Origin: Candidatus Zhuqueibacterota bacterium
GTDB lineage: Bacteria; Zhuqueibacterota; Zhuqueibacteria; Thermofontimicrobiales; Thermofontimicrobiaceae
Direction: 5' to 3'
NCBI GenBank assembly: GCA_049322915.1
Contig: JBMOPW010000034.1
Location: 691,372 to 755,371 of the forward strand
Length of the DNA: 64,000 nucleotides
Positions 51,515-60,852 of the stretch are shown one piece after another. The position numbers and the translations under genes are program-made. The stretch's first letter is position 1; the number at the start of each line of letters is the position of its first letter. The notes below the pieces were generated by a model, which was given only the letters and a program-made list of their open reading frames with translations, did no database searches and was not told where the DNA came from.

Positions 51515-51628
51515 AATGACCAGTTGAAAGCATGTGCAATAAGCAATACTTTGTTGTATCTGTAATGGACGGTCGCGACCGTCCACTACGCGTATGTCCA
51601 ATAATAATATAGGCGCTAAAAGTTTAAC
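51515..51628. repeat. MITE family D copy 2 (right end degenerate)
   Basis: Homologous to 47560-47682, including GTAATGGACGGTCGCGACCGTCCACTAC. Confidence 0.7.
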
Positions 51629-51905
51629 AATTAAGCTACCGACGCACGCGATGCATCTGCGAACCCTGTTCTCGAACGATGCAATCAATCGATAGCAACG
51701 ATCACCGATGAAGCCAGTTACAACTGTCCTCCAATTAAAAAATGATCGGATGTTATTTTCCAAGTCACTCTGGTAACCTCATTTTTATGCGCAGTGCAAT
51801 CCGATCGCATCCAGCGGGCGCCATAGAAAATGGATGCAAAGGCAATGAATATTTTTCAACGGACAATTACTTACAGCCACTATAAATTAGAGCATCTAGA
51901 AACTA

Positions 51906-53330
51906 ATGAAATCTTTTGTGTATCTCAATCTTCGACCGACTCCAAAAAGAACCCATCATAAAAGTCATAAAAGAGCCGCGCACCGCGATAGACGCCATCG
52001 TCTCTCCCCTATTTTCAAATCGAAACTCATGAGAATTCATCGCCGCAACGCCTCTTTTAAAAACGACGTGCAAATGATTGTCCGTTCAATTGGAAAAGCG
52101 CTCGTGAAATTCGCACAGCGATTCGCTTCCATTTCAAATCAATTTTTTGTTTTTCTGATCACATTGGTCTGGACAATCCTCAAAGGTTTTTATGGCCTCA
52201 TCGCTTCACGGCGGCGCGCCATTATCATGCTTGCCGGCGCAGCAACAATTATCGGGATTGTCCTGGCGCTCGTTCTAATGTCAGCAAAACCGCCTCATTA
52301 CGCCATTGAACAAAGCTGGCTTGCGCTCAGTAAAACACGTCAGGCTGAGGCTCCATACTACACGAAAGATATGTATCTGGCCGCGTCTTTCAAATGGGAT
52401 GAACTGATTCGGGAGTGGCGCTATCAGAATAGCTTATGGTTTTTCAAGCGCGATTTCAGCAAACTTGTGAGCCTGGCTGAGGAAACAACCCGACTGGCAA
52501 ACCAGGCATCGGCCAAAGCTAATGAACTGCGTTCCTCGTTGAAAAACACAGCGCAGATTGAGACCACCCTGCTCATCGAAAAGATCGAGGAGATCAAGTC
52601 CAAATACGGCGACTTGCCAATGGACCGGTCGTTGCGGAATCGATTGAACGCCGGTGAATTGCTCGTTTTGGAAAGCCAGTCGGCTTTTAAACGCAACGAC
52701 TTCAAACAAGCGGTCGCCAAATTAAAAACAGCGGAATCCATGATCGGCCAGTCCGATACCGAATTGACCAGCATGGTCAGCGCGTATCTTGGCAGCATCA
52801 AAAAATGGCGCGGCTGGGTTCAGGAGACCATCAAATGGTCACTGGACAGTACGCGCGTGGCGATTGTTGTGGATAAAATGGCGCACGTCTGCCAGGTGTA
52901 TGACAGCGGAAAACTGAAGACCGAGTTCCCCATTGAGCTGGGCAGAAATTGGATCGGCCATAAACGGCAAAAAGGAGACAATGCAACCCCGGAAGGTCAG
53001 TATTTCATTCGAAAGAAAGTCGGGAACGGTCAGAGCAAATATTATAAAGCGCTGGTCATCAACTATCCCAATGAGAGAGACAGAGTTGAATTCGAAGCCG
53101 CGAAAAACCGGGGGGAACTGGCACCCAATGCCCAGATAGGCGGGCTGATTGAAATTCACGGCGAAGGCGCAAAAGGGACGAACTGGACCCAGGGCTGCAT
53201 TGCTCTCAGAAATGAAGACATGGACAAAATTTACAACATGGTTCCGGTCAACACACCGGTGACGATCGTTGGATCGATCAATGGATTAAAAGATATTTAC
53301 TCGAATCAAAAAAACCAAAACAACAAATAA
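51906..53330 (+). CDS. L,D-transpeptidase (YkuD family) with TM anchor and helical stalk
   Basis: GDNATPEG and IEIHG...WTQGCIAL catalytic motifs; true start may lie downstream. Confidence 0.88.
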   Translation: MKSFVYLNLRPTPKRTHHKSHKRAAHRDRRHRLSPIFKSKLMRIHRRNASFKNDVQMIVRSIGKALVKFAQRFASISNQFFVFLITLVWTILKGFYGLIASRRRAIIMLAGAATIIGIVLALVLMSAKPPHYAIEQSWLALSKTRQAEAPYYTKDMYLAASFKWDELIREWRYQNSLWFFKRDFSKLVSLAEETTRLANQASAKANELRSSLKNTAQIETTLLIEKIEEIKSKYGDLPMDRSLRNRLNAGELLVLESQSAFKRNDFKQAVAKLKTAESMIGQSDTELTSMVSAYLGSIKKWRGWVQETIKWSLDSTRVAIVVDKMAHVCQVYDSGKLKTEFPIELGRNWIGHKRQKGDNATPEGQYFIRKKVGNGQSKYYKALVINYPNERDRVEFEAAKNRGELAPNAQIGGLIEIHGEGAKGTNWTQGCIALRNEDMDKIYNMVPVNTPVTIVGSINGLKDIYSNQKNQNNK

Positions 53331-53351
53331 TTTTCCTATCGTGCCAAGAAA

Positions 53352-54164
53352 ATGATATTCAAAAAAGCAAAACCGCTCTATGCCGAAACGCCGCCGGACC
53401 ACCCTTCTGCCGGCGATGAAATTCGGCCTGATGAAAATCAGTCCGGTCAGGAAGCGCCGACAGTGACTTCCCCGGCGCGCAGGAATCGCGGCAAAATCTT
53501 CTTCGAAGCCATTAGCAAAGGCCTGATACTGGGTCTCATTCTTGCCTTCGCCCTGCTATTATCTGCGCCGAAGCTTTATGAAATGAAAGACGCCATTTTC
53601 CCGTTGCGAAAGATAGCCTCGGAATCGCCCGAAATCGAGCTGGCTCAGTTGACCAAAGAACTGAAAATACTCAACAAGAAAATCGATGAACTGGCGCGAC
53701 GCAAACAATTCATGACGCCGAGAGAGCCCTATCTGATCATCGATACCTCGGAAAATTTCATGACGCTGAAAAACCGCGATAAAATCCTGCACCAGGGAAT
53801 CTGTTCCACCGGGAGTTATACCTTGCTCAAAGCCGCTGACAACACAGAACAGTGGATTTTCAAAACACCGCGCGGCATGTTACGCGTGCAGAATAAAATC
53901 GTCGATCCGGTCTGGCGCATGCCCGACTGGGCATTCGTCGAGGAAGGACTGCCGGCGCCGGCGCCCTTTGCCCAGGAGCGATACGAATCCGGCGTTCTGG
54001 GCGATTATGCGCTGGATATCGGTCATGGTTATCTCATTCATGGGACGCTGTACCAGAGATTTCTGGGCCTGCCCGTCACCCACGGCTGCATCCGATTGGG
54101 CGATAAAGAACTGGAAATAGTCTATCGGTCTCTGCGGATCGGTTCCAAAGTCTATATTTATTAA
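53352..54164 (+). CDS. L,D-transpeptidase (YkuD family)
   Basis: TPRG and YLIHGT...VTHGCIRL motifs. Confidence 0.9.
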   Translation: MIFKKAKPLYAETPPDHPSAGDEIRPDENQSGQEAPTVTSPARRNRGKIFFEAISKGLILGLILAFALLLSAPKLYEMKDAIFPLRKIASESPEIELAQLTKELKILNKKIDELARRKQFMTPREPYLIIDTSENFMTLKNRDKILHQGICSTGSYTLLKAADNTEQWIFKTPRGMLRVQNKIVDPVWRMPDWAFVEEGLPAPAPFAQERYESGVLGDYALDIGHGYLIHGTLYQRFLGLPVTHGCIRLGDKELEIVYRSLRIGSKVYIY

Positions 54165-54174
54165 CAGGAATGAA

Positions 54175-55065
54175 ATGATGAAGGTTCTTCTCAAAGTCAT
54201 AAATAAACTGCTCACCAGTGCGCAACGACGCGTGGCGTTATTCTTTCTGTTTTTCAATGGTCATCGCTTCGCCCGATTGTATTTCTTCATTTTCCTGATT
54301 CTGCCCATCGCCATAGTCAGTTTCTTTCTCTTCGCCCTGCCCATCTACCTGAGTTCACGTACGCCGGCGCCGGAAAATCAACAGACGCCGCCCGGTGAAA
54401 ATCTGGTACTTTCAACCATTGGATTAAAAGATTCGGACGAGCTGAGGGGCATCATCGAACAAATGATCGCTCTGAAAATAAAAAAAGCCGATTTGCAAAA
54501 TCAACTCCTGATGGCTAAAAGCGATTCGGTTGGCCTGTCCATCGATCTGGTGGATAGCGTTGTGGCGCTGCAAATCCGCGGCGTGGATGTCCGCGAATGT
54601 AAAATTCAAAATTACTCGATGAGCCCGGCGTTCAAACACCTGAAATCCAATGGGAGTATCATTGACTGGCTTTCCAAACCCTTTGTGCTCGAACAACACT
54701 CCGCCACATTGCCGAAAATGCCCATCAAAATCAAGAGAGCGCCTAAAGATACTGTCGAAGCCAAATTGCTGAAAGATGAACCGGTCACGGTTGAAAAACC
54801 GGACGTCCAGATCAAACTCCAGTTCGACCGCAATCTTGTCGTGGAAATCAAGCAAGTGGAAGCGCCCACAGCCGCCGGAAGGCTGCGCAATTTTTACCAT
54901 TACATGCAGACCAAGTATGCCATGCTCAAAGAAATGATGCACTCCTATTCGAAATTGCAGCCCTACCAGGTCTCCCTGAGAATTGAGTTGAACCTTTCTC
55001 AGAGCGATTCAAAGGCGATTTATCGGGCACTGCCGCATCAGGCCATGCTGGCGCTGCGACTTTAA
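54175..55065 (+). CDS. Membrane-anchored protein, probable catalytically inactive YkuD-like paralog
   Basis: Same TM-coil-beta layout as 53352; LSIDLVDS and LSQSDSKAIYRAL match YkuD ends, but no H...C motif. Confidence 0.6.
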   Translation: MMKVLLKVINKLLTSAQRRVALFFLFFNGHRFARLYFFIFLILPIAIVSFFLFALPIYLSSRTPAPENQQTPPGENLVLSTIGLKDSDELRGIIEQMIALKIKKADLQNQLLMAKSDSVGLSIDLVDSVVALQIRGVDVRECKIQNYSMSPAFKHLKSNGSIIDWLSKPFVLEQHSATLPKMPIKIKRAPKDTVEAKLLKDEPVTVEKPDVQIKLQFDRNLVVEIKQVEAPTAAGRLRNFYHYMQTKYAMLKEMMHSYSKLQPYQVSLRIELNLSQSDSKAIYRALPHQAMLALRL

Positions 55066-55219
55066 AGCGCCGCCAATTTATTCCATGCCATTCTCCGGCA
55101 CACGAGCCACTGTTTCCCCGGCCGGTGTTCCAAAGATGTCCCTACGGTGAATTTCATCCTTCCAATGATGGGCACAATTTCCGCGGCGTCGCGAGTGACT
55201 CTCCGACAAAGGTTTTTTG

Positions 55220-55527
55220 GTGTCAGTCCGAAAATAGATATTATGATTGAAAACCATTGAAACGGTTTTTGATTAGTTCCCAATTTGCATCCACATCCCA
55301 ATAAATTGGCCTGCCAATTCAAAAAAAACATTGAACGAGCACCACGTTTTAACGGGGTGGCTTTGCAATCCCAATCGATTTTTTAAACCATTTTAACCCT
55401 ACTACGTCACATAGATTTTTTATCGTTGTATATTGTATTTTTGATAGATGAATAACTCAACATATTGTGATAAATTTACTAAATGACGTTGAAGGGTTAA
55501 TGGTCTCATTTATTTTCCGACAGACAC
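55220..55527. mobile_element. Family B-ended element with different interior
   Basis: GTGTCAGTCCGAAAA/TTTTCCGACAGACAC. Confidence 0.55.
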
Positions 55528-55551
55528 TTTTTCGAGTCAACCCACTGATTC

Positions 55552-55738
55552 AAGTCTGTCCGAAATCTGCTATTATTGACCTCACCCCAACCCTCTCCTA
55601 AAAGGAGAGGGAGAACAGATGTTCTCCTTCCAGGCGTAGTGCCCGTAGGGTAAGAAGGGGTTTAGGGGATGAGGTCTGACGGAATGAGGTTTGAAAATAT
55701 CACCCCAATAGCAAATTTAGGTGTTACCGGCCAGACAC
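55552..55738. mobile_element. MITE family B copy 3
   Basis: Homologous to 1621-1799. Confidence 0.8.
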
Positions 55739-55866
55739 TTTTTCGAGCCGTCCCAATGTTTAAAACGGAGTGTCTTTTAACCGCTATCTATTTCATTGAA
55801 ATTCCAATTCGATCACTGTGAATCGATAATAACAAAGTACCACGCCTGAAACGAGGAGGTTCTCAA

Positions 55867-56229
55867 ATGTCAATAATTAATGAACTAAGAAACTGGAAGA
55901 ATTCAGCTATTGCCGCACCAGCCATGAAATTTGTAAATGACATGCTCAACGACTATGGTGAAATGGTGGATCTCACCATCGATTCACTGAACAAAAACAT
56001 CAAGGTGGAAGTATTGCTCAAAGGGGAGAAAGAAACCATTTTTCTCACGATCGAGCATTACGAGGTTGTTCAGAGCGGCGATTCCCATTTCCTGAAATTC
56101 AACAATGTGTCGTGTACCCGTCAATGGATCGAAGCGATCATACAAAACATGGCCATCCCCCGGCTTGCGCCGACGAAGATGCTGAAAATCGATTCGCGCT
56201 ATGCCAGGCTGATTGACCTGCTCATTTAA
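55867..56229 (+). CDS. Hypothetical protein
   Basis: Strong SD GAGGAGG; 120-aa ORF. Confidence 0.75.
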   Translation: MSIINELRNWKNSAIAAPAMKFVNDMLNDYGEMVDLTIDSLNKNIKVEVLLKGEKETIFLTIEHYEVVQSGDSHFLKFNNVSCTRQWIEAIIQNMAIPRLAPTKMLKIDSRYARLIDLLI

Positions 56230-56243
56230 GCCCAAATAATGCA

Positions 56244-56400
56244 ATAGCCACAAAGACACGAAGTCACAAAGAAAAGATTAATAAAAATTTAAAATAGTGT
56301 ATAGATGAATTGCTTGTTTCATTTTTTTGTGAAAAAATAATAAAACAGCATTCTCATTTTTTCTTTGAGTCTCTTAGCGTCTTTGTGCCTTAGTGGCTAT
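56244..56400. repeat. Inverted-repeat element with CACAAAG/CACGAAG subrepeats
   Basis: ATAGCCACAAAGACACGAAG...CTTTGTGCCTTAGTGGCTAT. Confidence 0.6.
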
Positions 56401-56458
56401 AATTTTTTTCAAATGCATGATCCGGGTTATGTGTTACCCATAATTCTAAAATGAATTC

Positions 56459-56627
56459 GTGACGACTCAGGTGTTCAATAATTTGAAATGGAATGGAAGC
56501 CGCTGAGACGGCTAAATTCCTGAGTGCGCATCGACTATCACCATGTTGAAGCATGGCGCTGGTTCAAAATTGCGCCAAAACCGCGATTTATCGTGGCGCT
56601 TCCGGAACACGTGAGCTGAGTCGTTAC
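56459..56627. mobile_element. 169-bp IS66-like MITE with perfect 8-bp TSD
   Basis: TIR GTGACGACTCAG/CTGAGTCGTTAC; ATGAATTC at 56451-56458 and 56628-56635. Confidence 0.85.
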
Positions 56628-56670
56628 ATGAATTCGTTACTGTACCGTCATCATTTTGAGGTTAACGCAC

Positions 56671-57474
56671 ATGGAAAAACACGATCTCGATAGATTGGCG
56701 CGCGCGGTCTACTATCTCGAAAACCCAACCTGGACAGCGACCATTACTGACATCATCGGCATGCCGGTTGAATGGGCGATTCGAAAATTACCCGCAAAGG
56801 CCAATCAGATTATTTCCAACGCCACGTCAAAGGCCATCAGCAAGGCGGTCAAAGTGGCCGTTTTGACAATGAACGCCGAGCATCGGGGGGCGCCCAAAAA
56901 GTGGTGCCACAGAGGTGCTGTAGCAACATCCGGCGCCATCGGCGGCTTTTTTGGCCTGGCAGGCCTGACCGTGGAATTGCCCGCTTCCACCATTATCATG
57001 CTTCGGTCCATCGCCGATGTTGCACGGAGCCAGGGCGAGGACATTACAAAAGTTGATTCCCAGCTTCAATGCGTGAGCGTCTTTGCGCTGGGCAGCAAAT
57101 CCTGGGATGACGATGATGCATCTGAATCGAGCTATTACGCAATTCGGGCGGTGCTTGCAAAATTAATTTCAGAAGCCGGCAGCTACATCGCGGAAAAGGG
57201 ATTCGTCGAAGAAGGCGCGCCCATCATTGTAAAATTCATCGTCAGAATCGCTTCGAGGTTTCAGGGAATTATCTCCGAAAAGGTCGCTACAGAGAGTATC
57301 CCTGTGATTGGAGCATTGGGCGGCGCTTCGATCAATCTGCTTTTTATGAATCATTTCCAAAGAGTCGCCACCGGCCATTTCATCATACGGTCGCTGGAGC
57401 GTGCATACAGCGCCGAAGAGGTCAAAATCGAGTACAGCAGAATCGCCGCTAACCAACGCGCGCCGCGCAGTTGA
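56671..57474 (+). CDS. EcsC family protein
   Basis: GAIGGFFG, ELPASTIIMLRSIADVAR and GHFIIRSLER motifs. Confidence 0.85.
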   Translation: MEKHDLDRLARAVYYLENPTWTATITDIIGMPVEWAIRKLPAKANQIISNATSKAISKAVKVAVLTMNAEHRGAPKKWCHRGAVATSGAIGGFFGLAGLTVELPASTIIMLRSIADVARSQGEDITKVDSQLQCVSVFALGSKSWDDDDASESSYYAIRAVLAKLISEAGSYIAEKGFVEEGAPIIVKFIVRIASRFQGIISEKVATESIPVIGALGGASINLLFMNHFQRVATGHFIIRSLERAYSAEEVKIEYSRIAANQRAPRS

Positions 57475-57528
57475 CGGTGATCAAGCCAGACGCTCCATCC
57501 AATTGATTCGGCCTGCCGCGCCAAAAGC

Positions 57529-57688
57529 GCGCGACTGCTCCCCTCTTTTCGCTCGACTTGACGTTGCGATTACTGAAAAATCAACTTGATTTTCTGCGGC
57601 ATTTTACTATATTCATACTCATACACCCTGGCAGGATATTCGGTGTTCCATAGAAGAAACCGTCCTTCGGGATCACTTTCTTTTTTGA
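57529..57688 (+). repeat. L end copy 1 (160 bp; core + promoter + structured leader)
   Basis: About 96% identical by eye to 60552-60711; TTGATT-N16-TATATT at 57586-57613. Confidence 0.9.
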
Positions 57689-58037
57689 ACACAATGCGGT
57701 CGGTGTGATTCTCTGCTAAGCCATGAATGAGTCCATGCTAAAAAGGGGCTAATGCCCAAAAATCAAACGTAAATTTCTGTTCCCCGATTTAAAAGTCTGG
57801 GCTATTCAAGGTGTCTGACTTTTAACTTTTTCAATTGAATTTCTATGTCATTTATGAAGTGGAAAAAATATCACGACCAAAGTATAAAAGCCTTTGATGA
57901 CTTTTTAGAGTCGGCACATTATTAATTTCACAATAAGAAATAGTTATTCTGAATTGCTTCTACATTTTTTCAATTTATCTGGGATGTTATGCAGGTCTGT
58001 AAAATAACTTGTTGGACAAAACAAGGAAACAAATGCG

Positions 58038-60203
58038 TTGACAGATTTCACGAAAGAAATACCGCGACGGCTATTGGATATTGAGAACAAGAGTCGCTCA
58101 AACCTGTTCGCATGGCGTGGACAGTTTTCCCCACAACTTATCGAGACGCTAATTGAGGCGTACTGTCCGCCAAATGCCACAATACTCGACCCCTTTGCAG
58201 GAAGCGGAACAGTACTATACGAAGCCGCCAGGATGGGGCTATCAGCTTTCGGATTTGAACTAAACCCCTCCGCATGGACATTCAGTAAGCTTTATGAATT
58301 CGCTAACATCTCCCCTCTCTCTCGGGAAGCCGCAATACGCGAGCTTCGGGCCGAAGTATCCCGCGAGTTCCCGATCGTGCTCTTCTCGAAAAAGGAGCTT
58401 CCACCTGATGAGGTAGAGTCCCGAATTATCCGGATTGGGACGTCGATCAGTGACCATGCAAAGGTTCTATGCAATGCACTGGTGGTGTTGCTCGGCGTCT
58501 TTAACAACGCTATCTCCAGCGATCTAATACATAGCAAACTCATGGCGCTCGCTGCACTCGTCAGGGGACTTCCATATTCTGACGGACTGATCAAAGCCGA
58601 TTTGCAGGATGCTCGTTGCCTACCCCTTGAGGGCCACTCGATTGATTTCGTCGTCACTTCCCCTCCATACATAAACGTTTTCAACTACCACCAGAACTAT
58701 CGCCGTTCCGTCGAGATTCTTGGCTGGGATGTGCTCAGTGTTGCTCGCTCCGAGATCGGCTCTAACCGTGCGAACCGCGGGAACAGGTTCCTCACAGTAA
58801 TACAGTACTGCATCGACATGGCGAACGTACTGCAAGAGCTTGCGAGGGTTGTCCGCCCTGGCGGTCGCGTGGTTATAGTCGTAGGGTACGAATCAAGGGT
58901 GCTCGGTGTTCCCTTCTACAACGCGGAGATAGTTGAGGCGCTTTCCGAGCAGATTGGTATGTTTGACCTCGCGATTAGGCAGCAGCGCGTCTTTCAGAAC
59001 CGTTTTGGACAAGACATCCGCGAAGATATCCTTAACCTGACAAGACGATCCTACTCTAATGGATACGGTCTTTCTGAAAGAGTCGGCCGTAATGTGGCCT
59101 TAAATGCGTTGCAGCAAGGTTTTTCAACTGCCGCTCCTAAAAACAGGTCTCTGCTCGAAGAGGCCGTGGCAGCGGTCGAACGTACGGAGGGAACTCCGGT
59201 GTTTGACAGTAACGCCTATAGCACCTACCAAACCCGTAATTACGTGATGATGGTCAAAGAAGAAAAGGGAGACTACCCTATGAATGATAATAGCATACAT
59301 CTACCAGCACCTCATTTATCCAAGCTCCAGGCTCTGTTGAAGAATCCGCGATTGCCAGGGGCAGACAAACCACGCGTTGAAGAGGCGCTCGTTCACTACC
59401 GCGAATGGATCAAAGAACTCGAGTCTGTACGTGCAGGACGAAAGGGGGCTGTGCAGAAGCTTGTCGATGCAACGAACAAATACAAGGCTTTCATCGAACT
59501 TGAGTTTATCTTCGATAGCCCGGAGGATTTTCTCTACCGCCAGAAGGGACAGTTGAAACTCGATAATACCATCTTGGAGGAGTTTCTCCCGCAGTTGATA
59601 TTCCGGGGGCTCATCCTTCCTGTCGGCACGTACGAATTCGGACCGCAGAAGACCTTTGCAGGGCTGAGCTTCACTTCAGGCCTGGGCAATACAGGACAAG
59701 GGGGACAGGCGAGTCTGAGGACAAAGGACCAAGACTTCGTCCTCGGGAAGCGCCTATTCATGATGACATCTTTCGACAGAGAGTTTCGTGATGCTGAGCG
59801 CCTGGAAGCGCACGTGGGTTATATATGCGCTGAATTTAAGACCAATCTGGACAAGACCATGTTCCAGGAAGCAGTGGCAACCAGCAGAGACCTCAAGATT
59901 GCGGTTCCCGCTTCCCTGTATTTCCTTGTATGCGAGTTCCTTGACATGGCACCAGTGTCAATAACATCGACCCATATCGACGATGTTCTGATCGTGCGCA
60001 AGGCCAAACGGATGAACTCAAATGTCCGTCAGGAGTACCGCACTGCGCTTGACCGAAAAGCACATCGCAGCGAGTATGTTGAGTTCCTGGATGATTCCAA
60101 GTACCATGCGGACGTTTTCCAGCGCATGATTGACAAGATACAGGTGATGGTGGACGACACAGATCCCACTGCAGGGAAGGTTCTAAGCCGAGGGTACTTC
60201 TGA
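58038..60203 (+). CDS. Fused amino-methyltransferase (SPPY, likely m4C) + Bpu10I-family restriction endonuclease
   Basis: ILDPFAGSGT and VTSPPY; C-terminal YRQKGQLKLDNTILEEFL and AEFKTNLDKTMFQEA. Confidence 0.85.
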   Translation: MTDFTKEIPRRLLDIENKSRSNLFAWRGQFSPQLIETLIEAYCPPNATILDPFAGSGTVLYEAARMGLSAFGFELNPSAWTFSKLYEFANISPLSREAAIRELRAEVSREFPIVLFSKKELPPDEVESRIIRIGTSISDHAKVLCNALVVLLGVFNNAISSDLIHSKLMALAALVRGLPYSDGLIKADLQDARCLPLEGHSIDFVVTSPPYINVFNYHQNYRRSVEILGWDVLSVARSEIGSNRANRGNRFLTVIQYCIDMANVLQELARVVRPGGRVVIVVGYESRVLGVPFYNAEIVEALSEQIGMFDLAIRQQRVFQNRFGQDIREDILNLTRRSYSNGYGLSERVGRNVALNALQQGFSTAAPKNRSLLEEAVAAVERTEGTPVFDSNAYSTYQTRNYVMMVKEEKGDYPMNDNSIHLPAPHLSKLQALLKNPRLPGADKPRVEEALVHYREWIKELESVRAGRKGAVQKLVDATNKYKAFIELEFIFDSPEDFLYRQKGQLKLDNTILEEFLPQLIFRGLILPVGTYEFGPQKTFAGLSFTSGLGNTGQGGQASLRTKDQDFVLGKRLFMMTSFDREFRDAERLEAHVGYICAEFKTNLDKTMFQEAVATSRDLKIAVPASLYFLVCEFLDMAPVSITSTHIDDVLIVRKAKRMNSNVRQEYRTALDRKAHRSEYVEFLDDSKYHADVFQRMIDKIQVMVDDTDPTAGKVLSRGYF

Positions 60204-60216
60204 AAACAACTGCCTG

Positions 60217-60558
60217 ATCGGTTAAGCTGGAGATTTTCTCTCCTCGCTCACCATATCACCTTGCATCCCGAAACTTTGGGACAGTGCGTTTTCCGCCCGA
60301 GGCGATTTCAGCGCCGAAATCACAGCGGATGAAAGTTAATCAGGAGATCTCGGATAGAAACTAAACCCTGTTCGTTCGTTGTTGCAAGGCTGGCGGATAC
60401 GCAGTCGCCGATCTGTGACGGCTCTGGCCAGAGATAATCCTCCGCATTCGAAATGAGCAATGCCCCTCCTTGATGTCGCGGCGCCGAAGATCCGCCATCT
60501 TTTTGCGGGATTCAGACATCAGCCATTTCCCTGAACGTTTGACGACTATGAGCGCGAC
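60217..60558 (-). ncRNA. R end copy 1: 342-nt ORF-less group II intron-like RNA
   Basis: Minus strand begins GUCGCGC and ends with D5-like (CGC triad, 2-nt bulge) and D6-like (bulged A, ...ACCGAU) helices; about 94% identical to 63188-63529. Confidence 0.65.
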
Positions 60559-60711
60559 TGATCCCCTCTTTTCGCTCGACTTGACGTTGCGATTACTGAA
60601 AATTTAACTTGATTTTCTGCGGCATTTTACTATATTCATACTCATACACCCCGGCAGGATATTCGCTGTTCCATAGAAGAAACCGTCCTTCAGGATCACT
60701 TTCTTTTTTGA
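60552..60711 (+). repeat. L end copy 2
   Basis: Direct repeat of 57529-57688, abutting R copy 1 through the core GCGCGACTGATCC. Confidence 0.9.
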
Positions 60712-60852
60712 TGGTACACGGTCGGTATAATATCTTGAAGCATGCGTTGCTGTAACATTCAACGCAATGAATTTATGATTGTTCGGGGATCCAATGCAGT
60801 AACTCTCTAATCACTTGTTATACTGAATATTTCATTATTTAATTAAAGTTTT

